A stretch of DNA of 64,000 nt from NCBI GenBank assembly GCA_951406725.2, contig OX597832.1:56358001-56422000 (forward strand), written 5' to 3'. Shown in pieces: positions 51,171 through 64,000 of the stretch; within the stretch, counting starts at the first letter, position 1; the number at the start of each line of letters is the position of its first letter. Origin of the DNA: Octopus vulgaris (lineage: Eukaryota). A program made the translations under genes and the position numbers. The notes beneath the pieces are model-generated. The model was not told the DNA's origin, did no database searches, and was given only the letters and a program-made list of their open reading frames with translations.

Positions 51171-53692
51171 AGGTGTAAGGTTGCTAATATGCCTCAGAAT
51201 GTTTATAGTTATCTGTGAAGTTTAAGTCTTTTACTATTTTTCATTGGTTTATTGGACCAACGGGAGAACAATATATCTCAAATCCTGGCCATAGAAATGG
51301 AATGCAGTCCAGACTGTTTCCTCAGCAAAATTTAACCACAAAAAACCTCTATCTCTCTTTCCCTCCCCCCTCTATCTCTCCATACAGAAATCTACCCAAG
51401 TAGAATTTATCATTGTCTACTCTTGTTTCAGTTAGTCTTCATACAAGAAACATTATACCTGAATGAGATATTGATTTGCTGTATCTCTTTTCCACAAAGT
51501 TTCCGACCACATTCATTGATACCCTCCAACTTTTTTCTCTTTTTATCATCAATATTTTAACATTCTCACTACGCATGAAACTTTAGGAAGAACTTTCTTT
51601 GAAGAACAAATGCCTCATGCTACTTCTACAATGCATAACCCCACCCACCAAAAAAAAAATCTGGAAACTCTTAAATTCTCTGTATAAATTTCTGTTGTAC
51701 TCAAACTTGTACGTTACAAACTTTTGGAAGTAAACATGATCTGTTTTACCGTGTTGAATTATTGTACCACTTAAGCTGGTTGAGGTCAAACTTCTAGTGA
51801 TACACAGAAAATAAAAATAAATGAAATTATATACTTAATTGTCATTGTACCTAATATGTTTATTTTCAACATTGGTAACCTCACATTTCAATCAAACAGC
51901 CTTTGTCTGTTTATAGCTACAGAGATTACTCCATTCATAATGTAGTGTTCTGGAACAATCTAAAATGTAATGCACCTGGTTTTTGTGTTTCTAATAAACA
52001 TGCAATTTTAGCCATATTGTGAAGAGGAAACAAAGTGGTTCTGCCATTTTGCATCACATTTCAAATTACCCCAAAATTCTGCATAGCAGTACATTATAAA
52101 TTAGCCTTTCACACTTACCCTACAATGTCATTCTAAAAAAACAAACAATCACGTCATTGAAACCTCAACGTATAGGCGCAGGAGTGGCTGTGTGGTAAGT
52201 AGCTTGCTTACCAACCACATGGTTCTGGGTTCAGTCCCACTGCGTGGCACCTTGGGCAAGTGTCTTCTACTATAGCCTCGGGCCGACCAAAGCCTTGTGA
52301 GTGGATTTGGTAGACGGAAACTGAAAGAAGCCTGTCGTATATATGTATATATATATGTATATGTATGTGTATGTTTGTGTGTCTGTGTTTGTCCCCCATT
52401 GCTTGACAACCGATGGTGGTGTGTTTACGTCCCTGTAACTTAGCGGTTCAGCAAAAAGAAGCCGATAGAATAAGTACTAGGCTTACAAAGAATAAGTCCT
52501 GGGGTCGATTTGCTCGACTAAAGGTGGTGCTCCAGCATGGCCGCAGTCAAATGACTGAAACAAGTAAAAGAGAGAGTAAAGAGAATAATACAAGGTAAAA
52601 CATGACTGATTCATATCAAAGTAGACAAGCAAGCATTACATTTGGCAGAGAAAGCTGAACAAATGCTAAAAGGCTAAAGCTATTATCTTTTAGGCCCATG
52701 AGTAACCGAAACCAGATGCCATAGCAACAAATGCCACTAAACCGTTACGGTCTGAACTTGTCCACCATTAGGCGACATCAGCCTGGCTGTGATACGACAG
52801 GCCCAATACTGGTTCCTTCCACCAGCCTCTCAGGTACTGTAACATAGAACAGTGACCTGCTCAATGCCTACATCACTCCAACTAGCAGAAAGCATGATGA
52901 GATCATAGATAGCAAGAATATGTGTCAGCTCAAAAACTGTTGCCAAAACTCTTCAATTTTTGCAGTTGCTGATTTACAATGCAGGACTCTAAAACAAACA
53001 ACCTCACTTTACAAACTGGTTGGGCTTTCACCAGAGAACATATGGTTGCCAGTAAGGTAAACGTAAGTAATGTATACATCATCATCATCATCATCATTTA
53101 ACGTCCGCTTTCCATGCTAGCATGGGTTGGATGATTTGAATGAGGACTGGCGAACCAGATGGCTGCACCAGGTTCCAATCTGATCTGGCAGAGTTTCTAC
53201 AACTGGATGCCCTTCCTAACACCAACCACTCTAAGAATGTAGTGGGTGCTTTTACATGCCACCGGCATGAGGGCTGGTCAGCTAGAAGTGGCAATGGCCA
53301 TGCTCAAATGGTGTTTTTTACATGCCACCTGCACAGGAGCCAGTCCAGCAGCACTTGCAACAACCTCGCTCAAATGTTTTTTCACGTGCCAGTAAGGCGA
53401 TGCTGGTAATGATCACTCTCGAGTGATGCTTTTTATGTGCCACTGGCATGGAAGCTAGTTAGCTGTTCTGGCAACGATCACATTCGGATGGTGCTCTTAG
53501 CACTCCTCTAGCACAGATGCCAGTCATCGAATTTGATTTTGATTGATATATATATATATAGTTGAAATTTATAGAAAAACAAAAGATGAAGATAGCAACA
53601 AGCAAGTGTATAAGTTTGATGCTCAGGAAAAATGAAAAGATCTTTTATGTTTTGAGCCTATGCTCTTCAACAGAAAGGAAGATTTCAGAGGT

Positions 53693-53738
<46 letters not shown>

Positions 53739-53939
53739 TTTTATTTGTTTCAGTCATTTGACTGTGGCCATGCCGGAGCACTGCCTTTAGTTGAACAAAT
53801 CGACTCCAGGATTTATTCTTTGTAAGCCCAGTACTAATTCCCTTTTGCCAAACTGCTAAGTTACAGAGACATAAACACACCAGCATCAGTTGTCAAACGA
53901 TGGTCGGGGGACAAACACAGATACACAAACATATACATG

Positions 53940-53993
<54 letters not shown>

Positions 53994-54205
53994 GAGCAAC
54001 TATTTTATCGAAAGCATATATTGTTGTTAAATGCTTGAAATCCGAGAGTAGAAAAGCAGCCAACAACTGATGAAGGGACGTTCTTTATGTGGTTTGTTTT
54101 CCAGTTGTGTCTTTTGTTGTTTGAAAAAATAGTTCATATTCCATGCACTTGTACTTTGAATTTTTTTGTTGTACATATTTTCTGATGTCCTGTGCCCACA
54201 TATGC

Positions 54206-54236
<31 letters not shown>

Positions 54237-54499
54237 CGTATATATGTAAGTATGTACATGTACATATGTATATATGCATATATATATATATTATTTCTAT
54301 TATTACATACATATATATATGCATGTGTGTGTGTATATATATGTATGTATGTATGTATGTCTGTATACACACACACACACACATATATATATACACACAG
54401 TGAACTTCCATTCAGTTTTTGTCTACTGGATTTACTGAGAGACCCTTTGTCGCCAGTAGGGGAAGAAGCTTCCTAAACTTTGCCCAGGCTATTCTTATT

Positions 54500-55615
54500 C
54501 TAGTGGTGACACTCTCTAAACATCCACCCCCGCTACTAACTTAGTCACCTAGGTAGCGGAAACTATCAACTACTAGTTTCTCCCCAGGAGTGTAATAGAA
54601 TCTGTTTCTGAGTATCAATGGTGTCTATTGCCCCTGTGCATCTACCGCACATGAAAGCTATCTTCCCAGTTAATTTTCCTTTAATGTTGTTGCATCTTTT
54701 ACGTGTTCATAGCTTACACTGAGTACATCTTACGGAGTTTCTACCTACACCTTTTCTACAGATCAAGCAGGGCCACCTACCTGAAGGGGTGTGTGGTGAG
54801 TTTGCCTTCCTACTTACTAGAACTTTGGTCTTTGCTACATTGACTCTAAGGCCTTTTGATTCTAAACCTAGTTTTCACACACAAAATTTCTTCTCTATTT
54901 CCGGTAGTGATTCTGCTACGAGGGCTAGGTCATCAGCATAGAGGAGCTCCCAGGGACAACCTGTCTTGAATTCCTCTGTTATTGCCTGGAGGACTATGAT
55001 GAATAGAAGGGGACTGAGGGCTGAGCCTTGGTGGACGCCAACTTCTACTTGGAATTCTTCACTGTACTCATTGCCAATCCTAACCTTACTAACAACCTCT
55101 CTGTAAAGGGCCTGTACAGCCCTTATTAACCATTCGTCAATCTCCAGTTTCCAGATCGCCCACCAGATAAGAGATCGGGGGACCCTGTCAAAGGCTTTCT
55201 CCAAGTCCACAAAAGCTAAGTAGAGGGGTTTATCTTTGGCTAGGTATTTCTCATGCAGTTGTCGAACCAGGAATATGGCATCAGTGGTGCTTCTACCCGA
55301 CACAAAACCGAACTGCCTCTCATCTAAGCAGACTCTCTCCCTAATGAGATGGGCTATGACCCTCTCTGTGACCTTCATCACCTGATCCAACAGTTTAATA
55401 CCCCTGTAGTTATTTCTATCTAGAGCATCACCATTACCCTTGTAGCAGTTGACTATGGTGCTGTTACACCAGTCGTTGGGTGTGACTCCGTCATGAACTA
55501 CCTGTTTTACAATGCGGGTGACTAGGCCGTAGCCCACACCACCATATGTTTTAATCATCTCAGCAGTGATTCTTGATGGGCCGGGGGCTTTTCCTGGCTT
55601 CATACTCTTAATTGC
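54500..55615 (-). mobile_element. RTE-clade LINE reverse transcriptase fragment (ORF 54875-55603)
   Basis: KAPGP, NYRGIKLL, QFGF, FVDLEKAFDRV, GVHQGSALSPLLF, LLYADD. Continues after a frameshift as GLESKGLRVNVAKTK...WPCLICRKGVGRNSVRCTQCK. Confidence 0.95.
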
Positions 55616-55721
55616 TTACACATATATATCCCTTTTGTTGTCATATTTCTGTTGAAATACACTGCCTTTGTTTTCTGAAAATAATGAAGAATATATATAT
55701 ATGTGTGTGTGTGTGTATGTA

Positions 55722-55990
55722 TATAATCAAAATAAACAACAAAGATATCCAGAGGTAATGTAGTACGATCGTTTCATGTAACTCCATTTAATAGAACAAT
55801 ACTATCATTACATCAATTGATGCAATGATTGCATTGTTCAATCAAATGGAGTGGCATGAAACAATCCTACTGCATTACCTCTGGATATCTTTGTTGTTTA
55901 TTTTGATTTTAATCACCATACTTTGAAATTGTATGGATAATATACCGTACTGAATTCTGGTGCTTCAACTCAAGTACCATATTCATCTGA
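55722..55990. mobile_element. Penelope-like fold-back of the 40533 family, flanked by a ~60-bp direct duplication
   Basis: Arms ~55722-55814 / 55817-55910 centred on catcaattgatg; the tail matches 40861-40938. Confidence 0.7.
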
Positions 55991-58551
55991 ATCTATATAT
56001 ATATAGATAGATAGATAGATATATATGTGTATGTATGTATGTGTGTATGTATGTATGTATGTATATATGTATGTATGTACGTATATACACATATATATCG
56101 CTTTTGTTGCCATATTTCTGTTGAAATACACTGCCTTTGTTTTCTGAAAATAATGAAGAATTTATTGAAATAACTGTCATTATCAAACTTGTGTTTGGAA
56201 TGTTAATTAACATGTAATTTTGATGGAAGATTTTAATTCAGATAACTTCAAAACAGAATATTTCTGACGTAGAACCAGAGAACAGTTTTAGGTGGGTTGG
56301 TATCAAAAGTAGTGTGTTTATAAATATATATAAAGAGAGAGAGAGAGAAGATAATTTATTATATTCATCCCTACATACCTCTAATCTCCATCCCTGTCAC
56401 TGTGCATCCCTTATTTCTCATATTTACGGTTTTATTATACTGCTGCTCTCTACCCATTTCATGTTTTTGTACAACCACTTATATCCTCCTCCTCTCTGAC
56501 CCCTACTATTTGTTTTACTGCCCCCTTTCCCCAAAACTGACCATGCTTCCATCCTTGTTCATCATTCACTGCATTAGCTGCTTCCTTATCTTTAACCACC
56601 TATCAGTCCTCTTCCATACTCTTGCAAATTTACTCACTCACACCTCCCGATCATCTGTCCCTACACTCACTTATATTCACCTTCTTTAACCCTAAAGGTA
56701 ACGCTGGATTAACCATTAAGCAAAATAAGCATGTGCTTAGGGCATCAAGGGAAGGAGGGGGAGGGGGCACCACAGAAATGGTAAATGGTTTACAGCACAA
56801 ATGAAATCACTTTAAACTTGCTAAAATAATATTCGGGATGCCTTTATCTCTACTAAGTATAGATGCAGATGTGTTACCTAAGATTAATTTTGAGGATGTG
56901 ATCAAAGGCACAGGAGTGGCTGTGTGGTAAGTTGCTTGGTTACCAACAACATGGTCCTGGGCTCAGTTCCACTGCTTGGCACTTTGGGCAAGTGTTTTCT
57001 ACTATAGCCTCAAACAAAAGCTGAAACTGGAGAGAGAAAAAAAAACTTTGCAATTCAAAAAAGTAGGAGGAAACTTTTCAAATATAAATAAAGTGGAATT
57101 ATACAAAAAAATAAACATTATTTTCCCTCTTGCTGTTTTGTTTCGCTTTGAAAAATAAAAATTTATTTTATGGTTTGTTATTGTTTATATCTTAAATTAC
57201 ATAATCTTTTATAGGGGCACCAAAATCTTTTAGGTACTTAGGGTCTCGATGGGTCTCAGTCTGGCCCTGCTTGAAGGAACACCCTAACACCTCATTACCA
57301 TCATCTTTTCCCTCTTTCCATCTGGAGTAGCCTTGTATTTCCTCTGCAGCATGACACCTGTTCTCGTCTCTCCATTATATTTTAACTTCTCCTCACCTGG
57401 CATGAAGCTACCTTTGACAATACCACACCAACACTCCTATTCAGCCAAGTGGTCTTGACTTACATTACTTGGTTACCTCACTAGTGCTGGTGCCACAGAT
57501 TAAACACCCAGTAAACTGTAAAATGGTTGACATTAGGAAGAGCAACAAGTCATAGAAACCATGCCAAAGTAGACACAGGAGCTCAATTTAGCTCTCTGGC
57601 TTGTCACATCTTGTCACACCATCCAACACATGCCAACATGGAGGAGGAACATTAAATGATGATGATCATCATCGTGTTATATTTATGCATGTGAGTATAT
57701 GTATCTACATGTAGACTAGGGGTTACCAAACTTTTTCGACCATTAACCCCCTTTAGCCACTTCTTCCACATCAACCACCCTCCTCATTTAAAATATCTTA
57801 ATACACTACCCTACCATACCATATCTTAAATGCATACCAGGTACTCATCATCATCATCATCATCGTTTAACGTCCACTTTCCATGCTAGTATGGGTTGGA
57901 TGATTTGACTGAGGACTGGCGAACCAGATGGCTGCACAAGTCTCCAATCTTGATCTGGCAGAGTTTCTACAGCTGGAGGCCCTTTGTAACGCCAACCACT
58001 CCAAGAGTGTTGTAGGTGCTTTTACGTGCCACCAGCATGAGGGCCAGTCAGGCGGTACTGGCAACGGCCATGCTCAAATGGTGTTTTTTACATGCCACCT
58101 GCACAGGAGCCAGTCCAGCAGCACTGGCAACAACCTTGCTCAAATGTTTTTTTTGTACTGAAGCTGGCAATTAAAATGTTAGCTAAAATATACATGTACG
58201 ACAAACTAAGAAATTCTATTGAAGATAACACACTTTTTACATTTAAAACTACGTGTACAAGTATAAAGTATTAAACTTTCAATTTCTATGAAATTGTTTC
58301 CATGGTTAGAAAGTGTGAAAAACGCACCATATTGCTGGATTATCTTTTATTGAAATTCACAAAATCAATGTGTGGGATGGGCATGGCACCGACTAAGTAT
58401 TTCAAGCAGTTCATCTAGGTGAGCTGATCTTTCGCATGCCGACCCCTATTTGACCCCCCCCTGTTATTCCCCGCCGACACATAGGGGTCCCTTGGACTCC
58501 TTTTGGCGAACCCTGGTGTAGACAGACAAACAGACAAATAGACAGACACAC

Positions 58552-58624
<73 letters not shown>

Positions 58625-58774
58625 TAACGTACAGATATTCAACATGGGTTTCAAATATTTTGGGATAGAAGGCCAATAATTTTGAGGGCAAGGAGTAAGT
58701 TGATTATATCAACCTCAACTGGTTCTTGTTTTATTAACCCCGAAAGGGATGAAAGGTAAAGTCGACCATATATA

Positions 58775-58826
<52 letters not shown>

Positions 58827-59154
58827 GTGGCACCTTGGGCGGGTTTCTTCTACTAAAGCCTCAGGCTGACCAAAGCCTTGTGAGTGGATTTGGTAGACGG
58901 AAACTGAAAGAAGCCTGTCGTATATATGTTTACATATATGTGTGAGTGTGTGTTTGTCCCCCCCAACATCGCTTGACAACCGATGCTGGTGTGTTTACGT
59001 CCCCGTCACTTAGCGATTCGGCAAAAGTGACCGATAGAATAAGCACTGGGCTTACAAAGAATAGGTCCCGGGGTCGATTTGCTCGAATAAAAGGCGGTGC
59101 TCCAGCATGGCCGCAGTCAAATGACTGAAACAAGTAAATGAGTAAAAGAGAGAG

Positions 59155-59190
<36 letters not shown>

Positions 59191-59279
59191 TATATATATA
59201 CGTGTGTGTGCGTGTATGTATATGTATGTATATGTACACACACACACACACACACAGGTAGGTATGTAGCATTGTAGGC

Positions 59280-59780
59280 AGCTAATGAGGTAGTCTTTCC
59301 GTCGTCACGTGTAGCTCGAATAGAAGCCATGCTGCACACACGTTCTACAGTTACATAAACATAATTAGCGGGGAGATTATTGTGTTTAAGCCAAGTAAAT
59401 ATAGACACACACACACCATCAGATCACACATTCCTGACATCATCTCTCCGCTTTTTTTTCTTTTTTTTTTTTGTTTTTTGTTTTTTTCAACGAACCGAAA
59501 CAAACACAATTAGTTACGAGACGAAGCACACACACACACACACATCGCCAATTTGCTGCGACCAAGCTTTCGTAATCACCGACTAGGTTGGTCAAGCTAG
59601 TGGGGGCGGTTAACCGACCCCAGGTTGTTCGCTTGCATTAAGGGGTTAACACACGAGTATTTATAGGTGTTGTAAATGTATAATACTATGCAGGGAAGGC
59701 TTTTATTATTGTTGTTGTTGTTTTTTCTGTCTTCGTTTCTCTGCGAGAAAGCATCGTCTCTAAGAAATGCCGCAACTGTG
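59280..59780. promoter_or_regulatory. CpG-rich unique region, possible promoter or enhancer
   Basis: gtcacgtg, gggggcgg GC box, tctctgcgaga, many intact CpGs. Confidence 0.3.
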
Positions 59781-60026
59781 TATTGAAATAAATTCTACCG
59801 TTGTTTTTTTGGGTTTTATTACTGTTACAGACATCTATGAGGCAGCAGACACATGTATTTGACAGATGTAATTTTACATACACTCACACATACAACACAC
59901 ACATACACACACACACACACACATCAACAGTAGATACTCGTATGTGCTTGGCTATATATATCTATATTTGTACATTTACACAAACACATACACACATATT
60001 AAATACGCATACACACACACAAACAC

Positions 60027-60540
<514 letters not shown>

Positions 60541-61019
60541 ATAGATGTTCTTAAAGAATAGAGTCGGAAATTATTTAGTGCGCCAAAAGCCGGAATTTTT
60601 GCATGTATATGTATGTATTAAGCAGCGGAATTTATGAATTGAATAAAAGAATATTTCACTTTGATTTATTTTCGAACAATTTTTCTGAATTATGTTACGC
60701 ATATTTTTGAAAAGTTATAATGTCAGAGAACTTAAACATAAATCTGACAAAATGTTTTCTGTAAAATAACTAAAAACCGAAAAATACCAGGAAAAAAAGT
60801 AAGTGAATGAGGTAACCACCCACTACAGTCCATCCCATTTTTTTTTTTTGTTTTTAATTACTATACATTTATTTCCAGAACAGTAAATGTTCGGTCATTA
60901 AAACATACACATCCAACGAAATTGCAGTTTTTAGCGCAATAGATAACTTTCGTCTCTATTGTGCGCGCATGCGTGTGTGTGTGAGAGAGAGAGAGAGAAA
61001 TAGATATACAAACGCATAC

Positions 61020-61054
<35 letters not shown>

Positions 61055-61099
61055 TTAAACATATCAAAAGGAAACATTTAAACATGTGTTTAAATGTAC

Positions 61100-61155
<56 letters not shown>

Positions 61156-61419
61156 TATACATTTCTCTCTGTGTATCTTTCTGTTGAAGAGCGTAGGCTC
61201 GAAACGTTAAAGACTTGTTTTATTTATATTTCCTGAGCGCCATACTAATACAATTGTTTGTTTGTTTTCCACCTGCCTTCGTCTTTTGTCTATTTTCATA
61301 AAGCTTCCCGTTATATATATGCGTGCATGTATGTATCCACACACACACATATATATACTTACACACACACACATATATATACTCACACACACATATATGC
61401 ATGCATACATACATGCATG

Positions 61420-61975
61420 CACGGTGGCTGCCCCCTCGTTATCGAGTATGGCCATTGCACGAAGCTTAATCAATGTTGTTATCGTGTAATGCTTGTGCAA
61501 GAAGATATTTTTTTAAGTGAGGAAAGGCTGTGCATTGAGTCAATCCCACTCACTAAGCAACAGCAGCCATAATCCGAAAAGAAGAACAAGTCAACATCAT
61601 CGGTAACCACTGAGCCGCAGGTTTTATGTCGGAGTTATCCCAGTTACCTGAGTTGCCTTCTCCTAGAAGGATGCCCTGACAAAGGCTAGGAGTCCTTCAC
61701 TCCCAATGGTTTAACTGCGCGATCGGGTATTCAATCCGATTATTTCTATGTCCCCGCGCATGATACAGCTTTAAGACATTTATTGGATGGCCGTTGATTC
61801 TCAAGATTTCCTCCGTCCTTTGACGGGTTTTGTTTTTCATCCCGCAGGGTGACCAAAAAATATCCTCCTCACCAAGCTCGCTTGGTGGGGTTGCTGGTTT
61901 AGTCGCCGACGACCCGACCATGCAACAGATAGTACTGGGTTACATGTTACCAGTAGCACTCGAAAGTGACCTGAC
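61420..61975 (-). mobile_element. Probable RTE-like LINE 5' UTR fragment
   Basis: Minus-strand ctcctagcctttgtcagggcatccttctaggagaaggcaactc resembles RTE 5' UTR motifs; GC-rich hairpins; bounded by microsatellites. Confidence 0.45.
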
Positions 61976-62194
61976 ATATGTATATATATATTAAGATTAA
62001 TCAGCCGAAATTACTACGATGATCCGGTTCTTGACTGAAGACTGAGGGCTTCGAATGTCCTGTCTGTGTTTGTTGTATCGTCTTCTAAGTTTTTATGCGT
62101 TCTCGTCTCAGTTTGTATTTTTCTACATATCATAATATATATGTATGTATGTATATATGTATGTATGTATACATATATGTATGTATACATACGT

Positions 62195-62730
62195 GCGTAC
62201 AACTGCGAGAAAATGTCTTCCAGATATTATCTTCCCATGAGACATGATGCAGTGGCCAGAACAAGGGGTTATTGATCCCAGAACAGTTAGGAACAAAATA
62301 ACAAAAAAGAAAATACCTACAGATGAAGTTGACCATATTGAGACCGATGGGTCAATAGAATATTGATGGAACTTAAAAATTAAAACCGCCCCCAAGTTAA
62401 AACACAACCGACCAGATATTGTTGTGTTGGACCACAAGGAAAAGATATGTTCTGCTGTGGAAACCAGCAATACCAATATAGTTAGAAAAATATAATAGAA
62501 AGAGAACATCTATGGACCATCGATAAGGAATTTGTAAATCCAGTACCCAAGATACACTTTCAGCTTCATACTATTATTATTGGTTCAACAGGATACATAC
62601 CAACCCGTCTGGAGCAAAGCATTGTTGAACTTGGGATCTTGGGGAGAGAACGCAAATCCCTAATTTGTACGCGGCGATCACGATTTCTGGGACTATAAAA
62701 ATTTTTGCAAGACCGTCTGTAGGTTTAAAT
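62195..62730 (+). mobile_element. R4/Dong-like non-LTR retrotransposon 3' fragment (restriction-like endonuclease)
   Basis: C..MSSRYYLPMRHDAVART ... WNLKIKTAPKLKHNRPDIVVLDHKEKICSAVE ... IIGSTGYIP, with stops and frameshifts. Confidence 0.8.
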
Positions 62731-63745
62731 GTATGGTGGTTAAAACGAGATGTTTTCCTTCACAAACTTGCTACCAAGTAGGTGGCCCGTCAAAATTTAT
62801 TCGAAATTTAAAAAAAAGAAGAGAAGAACAAATTATCGAGGTGTAAGAGTGGCTGTGTGGTAAGTAGCTTGCTTACCAACCATATGGTTCCGGGTTCAGT
62901 CCCACTGCATGGCACCTTGGGCAAGTGTCTTCTACTATAGCCTCAAGCTGACCAAAGTGAGTTGATTTGGTAGACGGAAACTGAAAGAAGCCTGTTGTGT
63001 ATATGCATATATATGTGTGTGTCTGTGTTTGTTCGCCCCGACATCGCTTGACAACCGATGTGTTTACGTCCCTGTAACTTAGCGGTTCGGCGAAAGAGAC
63101 CGATAGAATAAGTACTAGGCTTACAAACAATAAGTCCTAGGGTCGATTTGCTCGACTAAAGGTGGTGCTCCAGCATGGCAACAGTCAAATGACTGAAACA
63201 AGTAAAAGAGTAATCGAATGGAAACGAGCCTGGGCGTGTGTATGCATGCATTACAATTCTGATGGAACTGGAGTCTTGACAAACCGACCCGTGAACATAG
63301 GGAGGGCACCTGGCTGGTAACGACAACGAGGTTGACAACGACGACGACGACGATGATGATAATATATGTGTATTTATGTGTATATGTATGTGTGTATGTA
63401 TGTATATGTATGGGATTTCTTTGAAACCACTTACTTTCAGAGCTCTGTCGTAAAGAGTGCGTGTACACCTCTGAAATCTGTCTCAGACCTACAGATGCCC
63501 GTAAAATTGGCAGGATAGGAGAATACATCGCGATACTCCTGCTCTCTCCACTGAAAGTTAAAATCCTACCGAGGTCAACTTACCGGCTCAGGGCAGGGAA
63601 TTAGCGGGCGAGATACTTTACGTTATCTGTTCCGACTCTTGACATTCTGTGTTCAAATTCCTCCGATTACCTCTGGCCAGAGATAATCCCCAGTCTACGA
63701 GAACACAACTTATAAAAAGCTTCTTTGTGGCTGTCAAATTAAGAT

Positions 63746-63801
<56 letters not shown>

Positions 63802-64000
63802 GTGAGACCGGATCAGGCTGTTTCAGTTAGGTAACTCCTACTAAATGCGTTGAGTTCCTCTTTCTCTCGTTTGTCCCCTCACACCTACATGTGTGTGTGT
63901 GTGCGTGTGCATGTATATGTATGCATGCATGTACGTGTATGTATATGTACGTGTGTATGTATGTATGTATACTCTTACTTGGTATATATACATACACACA

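Noticed and set aside
61860-61975. HDV-like ribozyme at an RTE 5' end
   Set aside because: A P4-like hairpin followed by CTAA is present on the minus strand, but I could not find P1/P2/P3 pairing by eye; needs an RNAMotif or Infernal scan.

Overview
AT-rich, repeat-saturated eukaryotic DNA. The repeat repertoire strongly suggests an Octopus genome (inferred, not searched): tRNA-derived SINEs with internal (TA)n/(TG)n tracts, RTE LINE 3' ends with (GAT)n tails, and very dense microsatellites. I recognise no intact host protein-coding gene; almost all ORF-track entries are microsatellite or SINE read-throughs. The window looks intronic/intergenic, with a candidate promoter and first exon near 9.7-9.85 kb (minus), a clean 36-nt candidate microexon at 46247-46282 (plus) and a second CpG-rich promoter-like zone near 59.3-59.8 kb. 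TE coding relics include RTE RT and 3' ends, mariner, piggyBac, hAT, Tx1/L1-like, an APE endonuclease, an R4/Dong-like RLE fragment, plus Helitron and Helentron-like non-autonomous elements. The most striking unannotated signal is a set of about seven small repeat families carrying type I hammerhead-ribozyme motifs with palindromic stem III (Penelope-like retroelement signature). Most are lodged in (TA)n/(TAA)n tracts and many form long fold-back inverted repeats. One couples a tRNA-like Pol III head to a hammerhead-bearing tail (26.8-27.45 kb). Another carries a non-canonical CUGUNGA core in all its copies. All ribozyme folds were made by eye and activity is untested.
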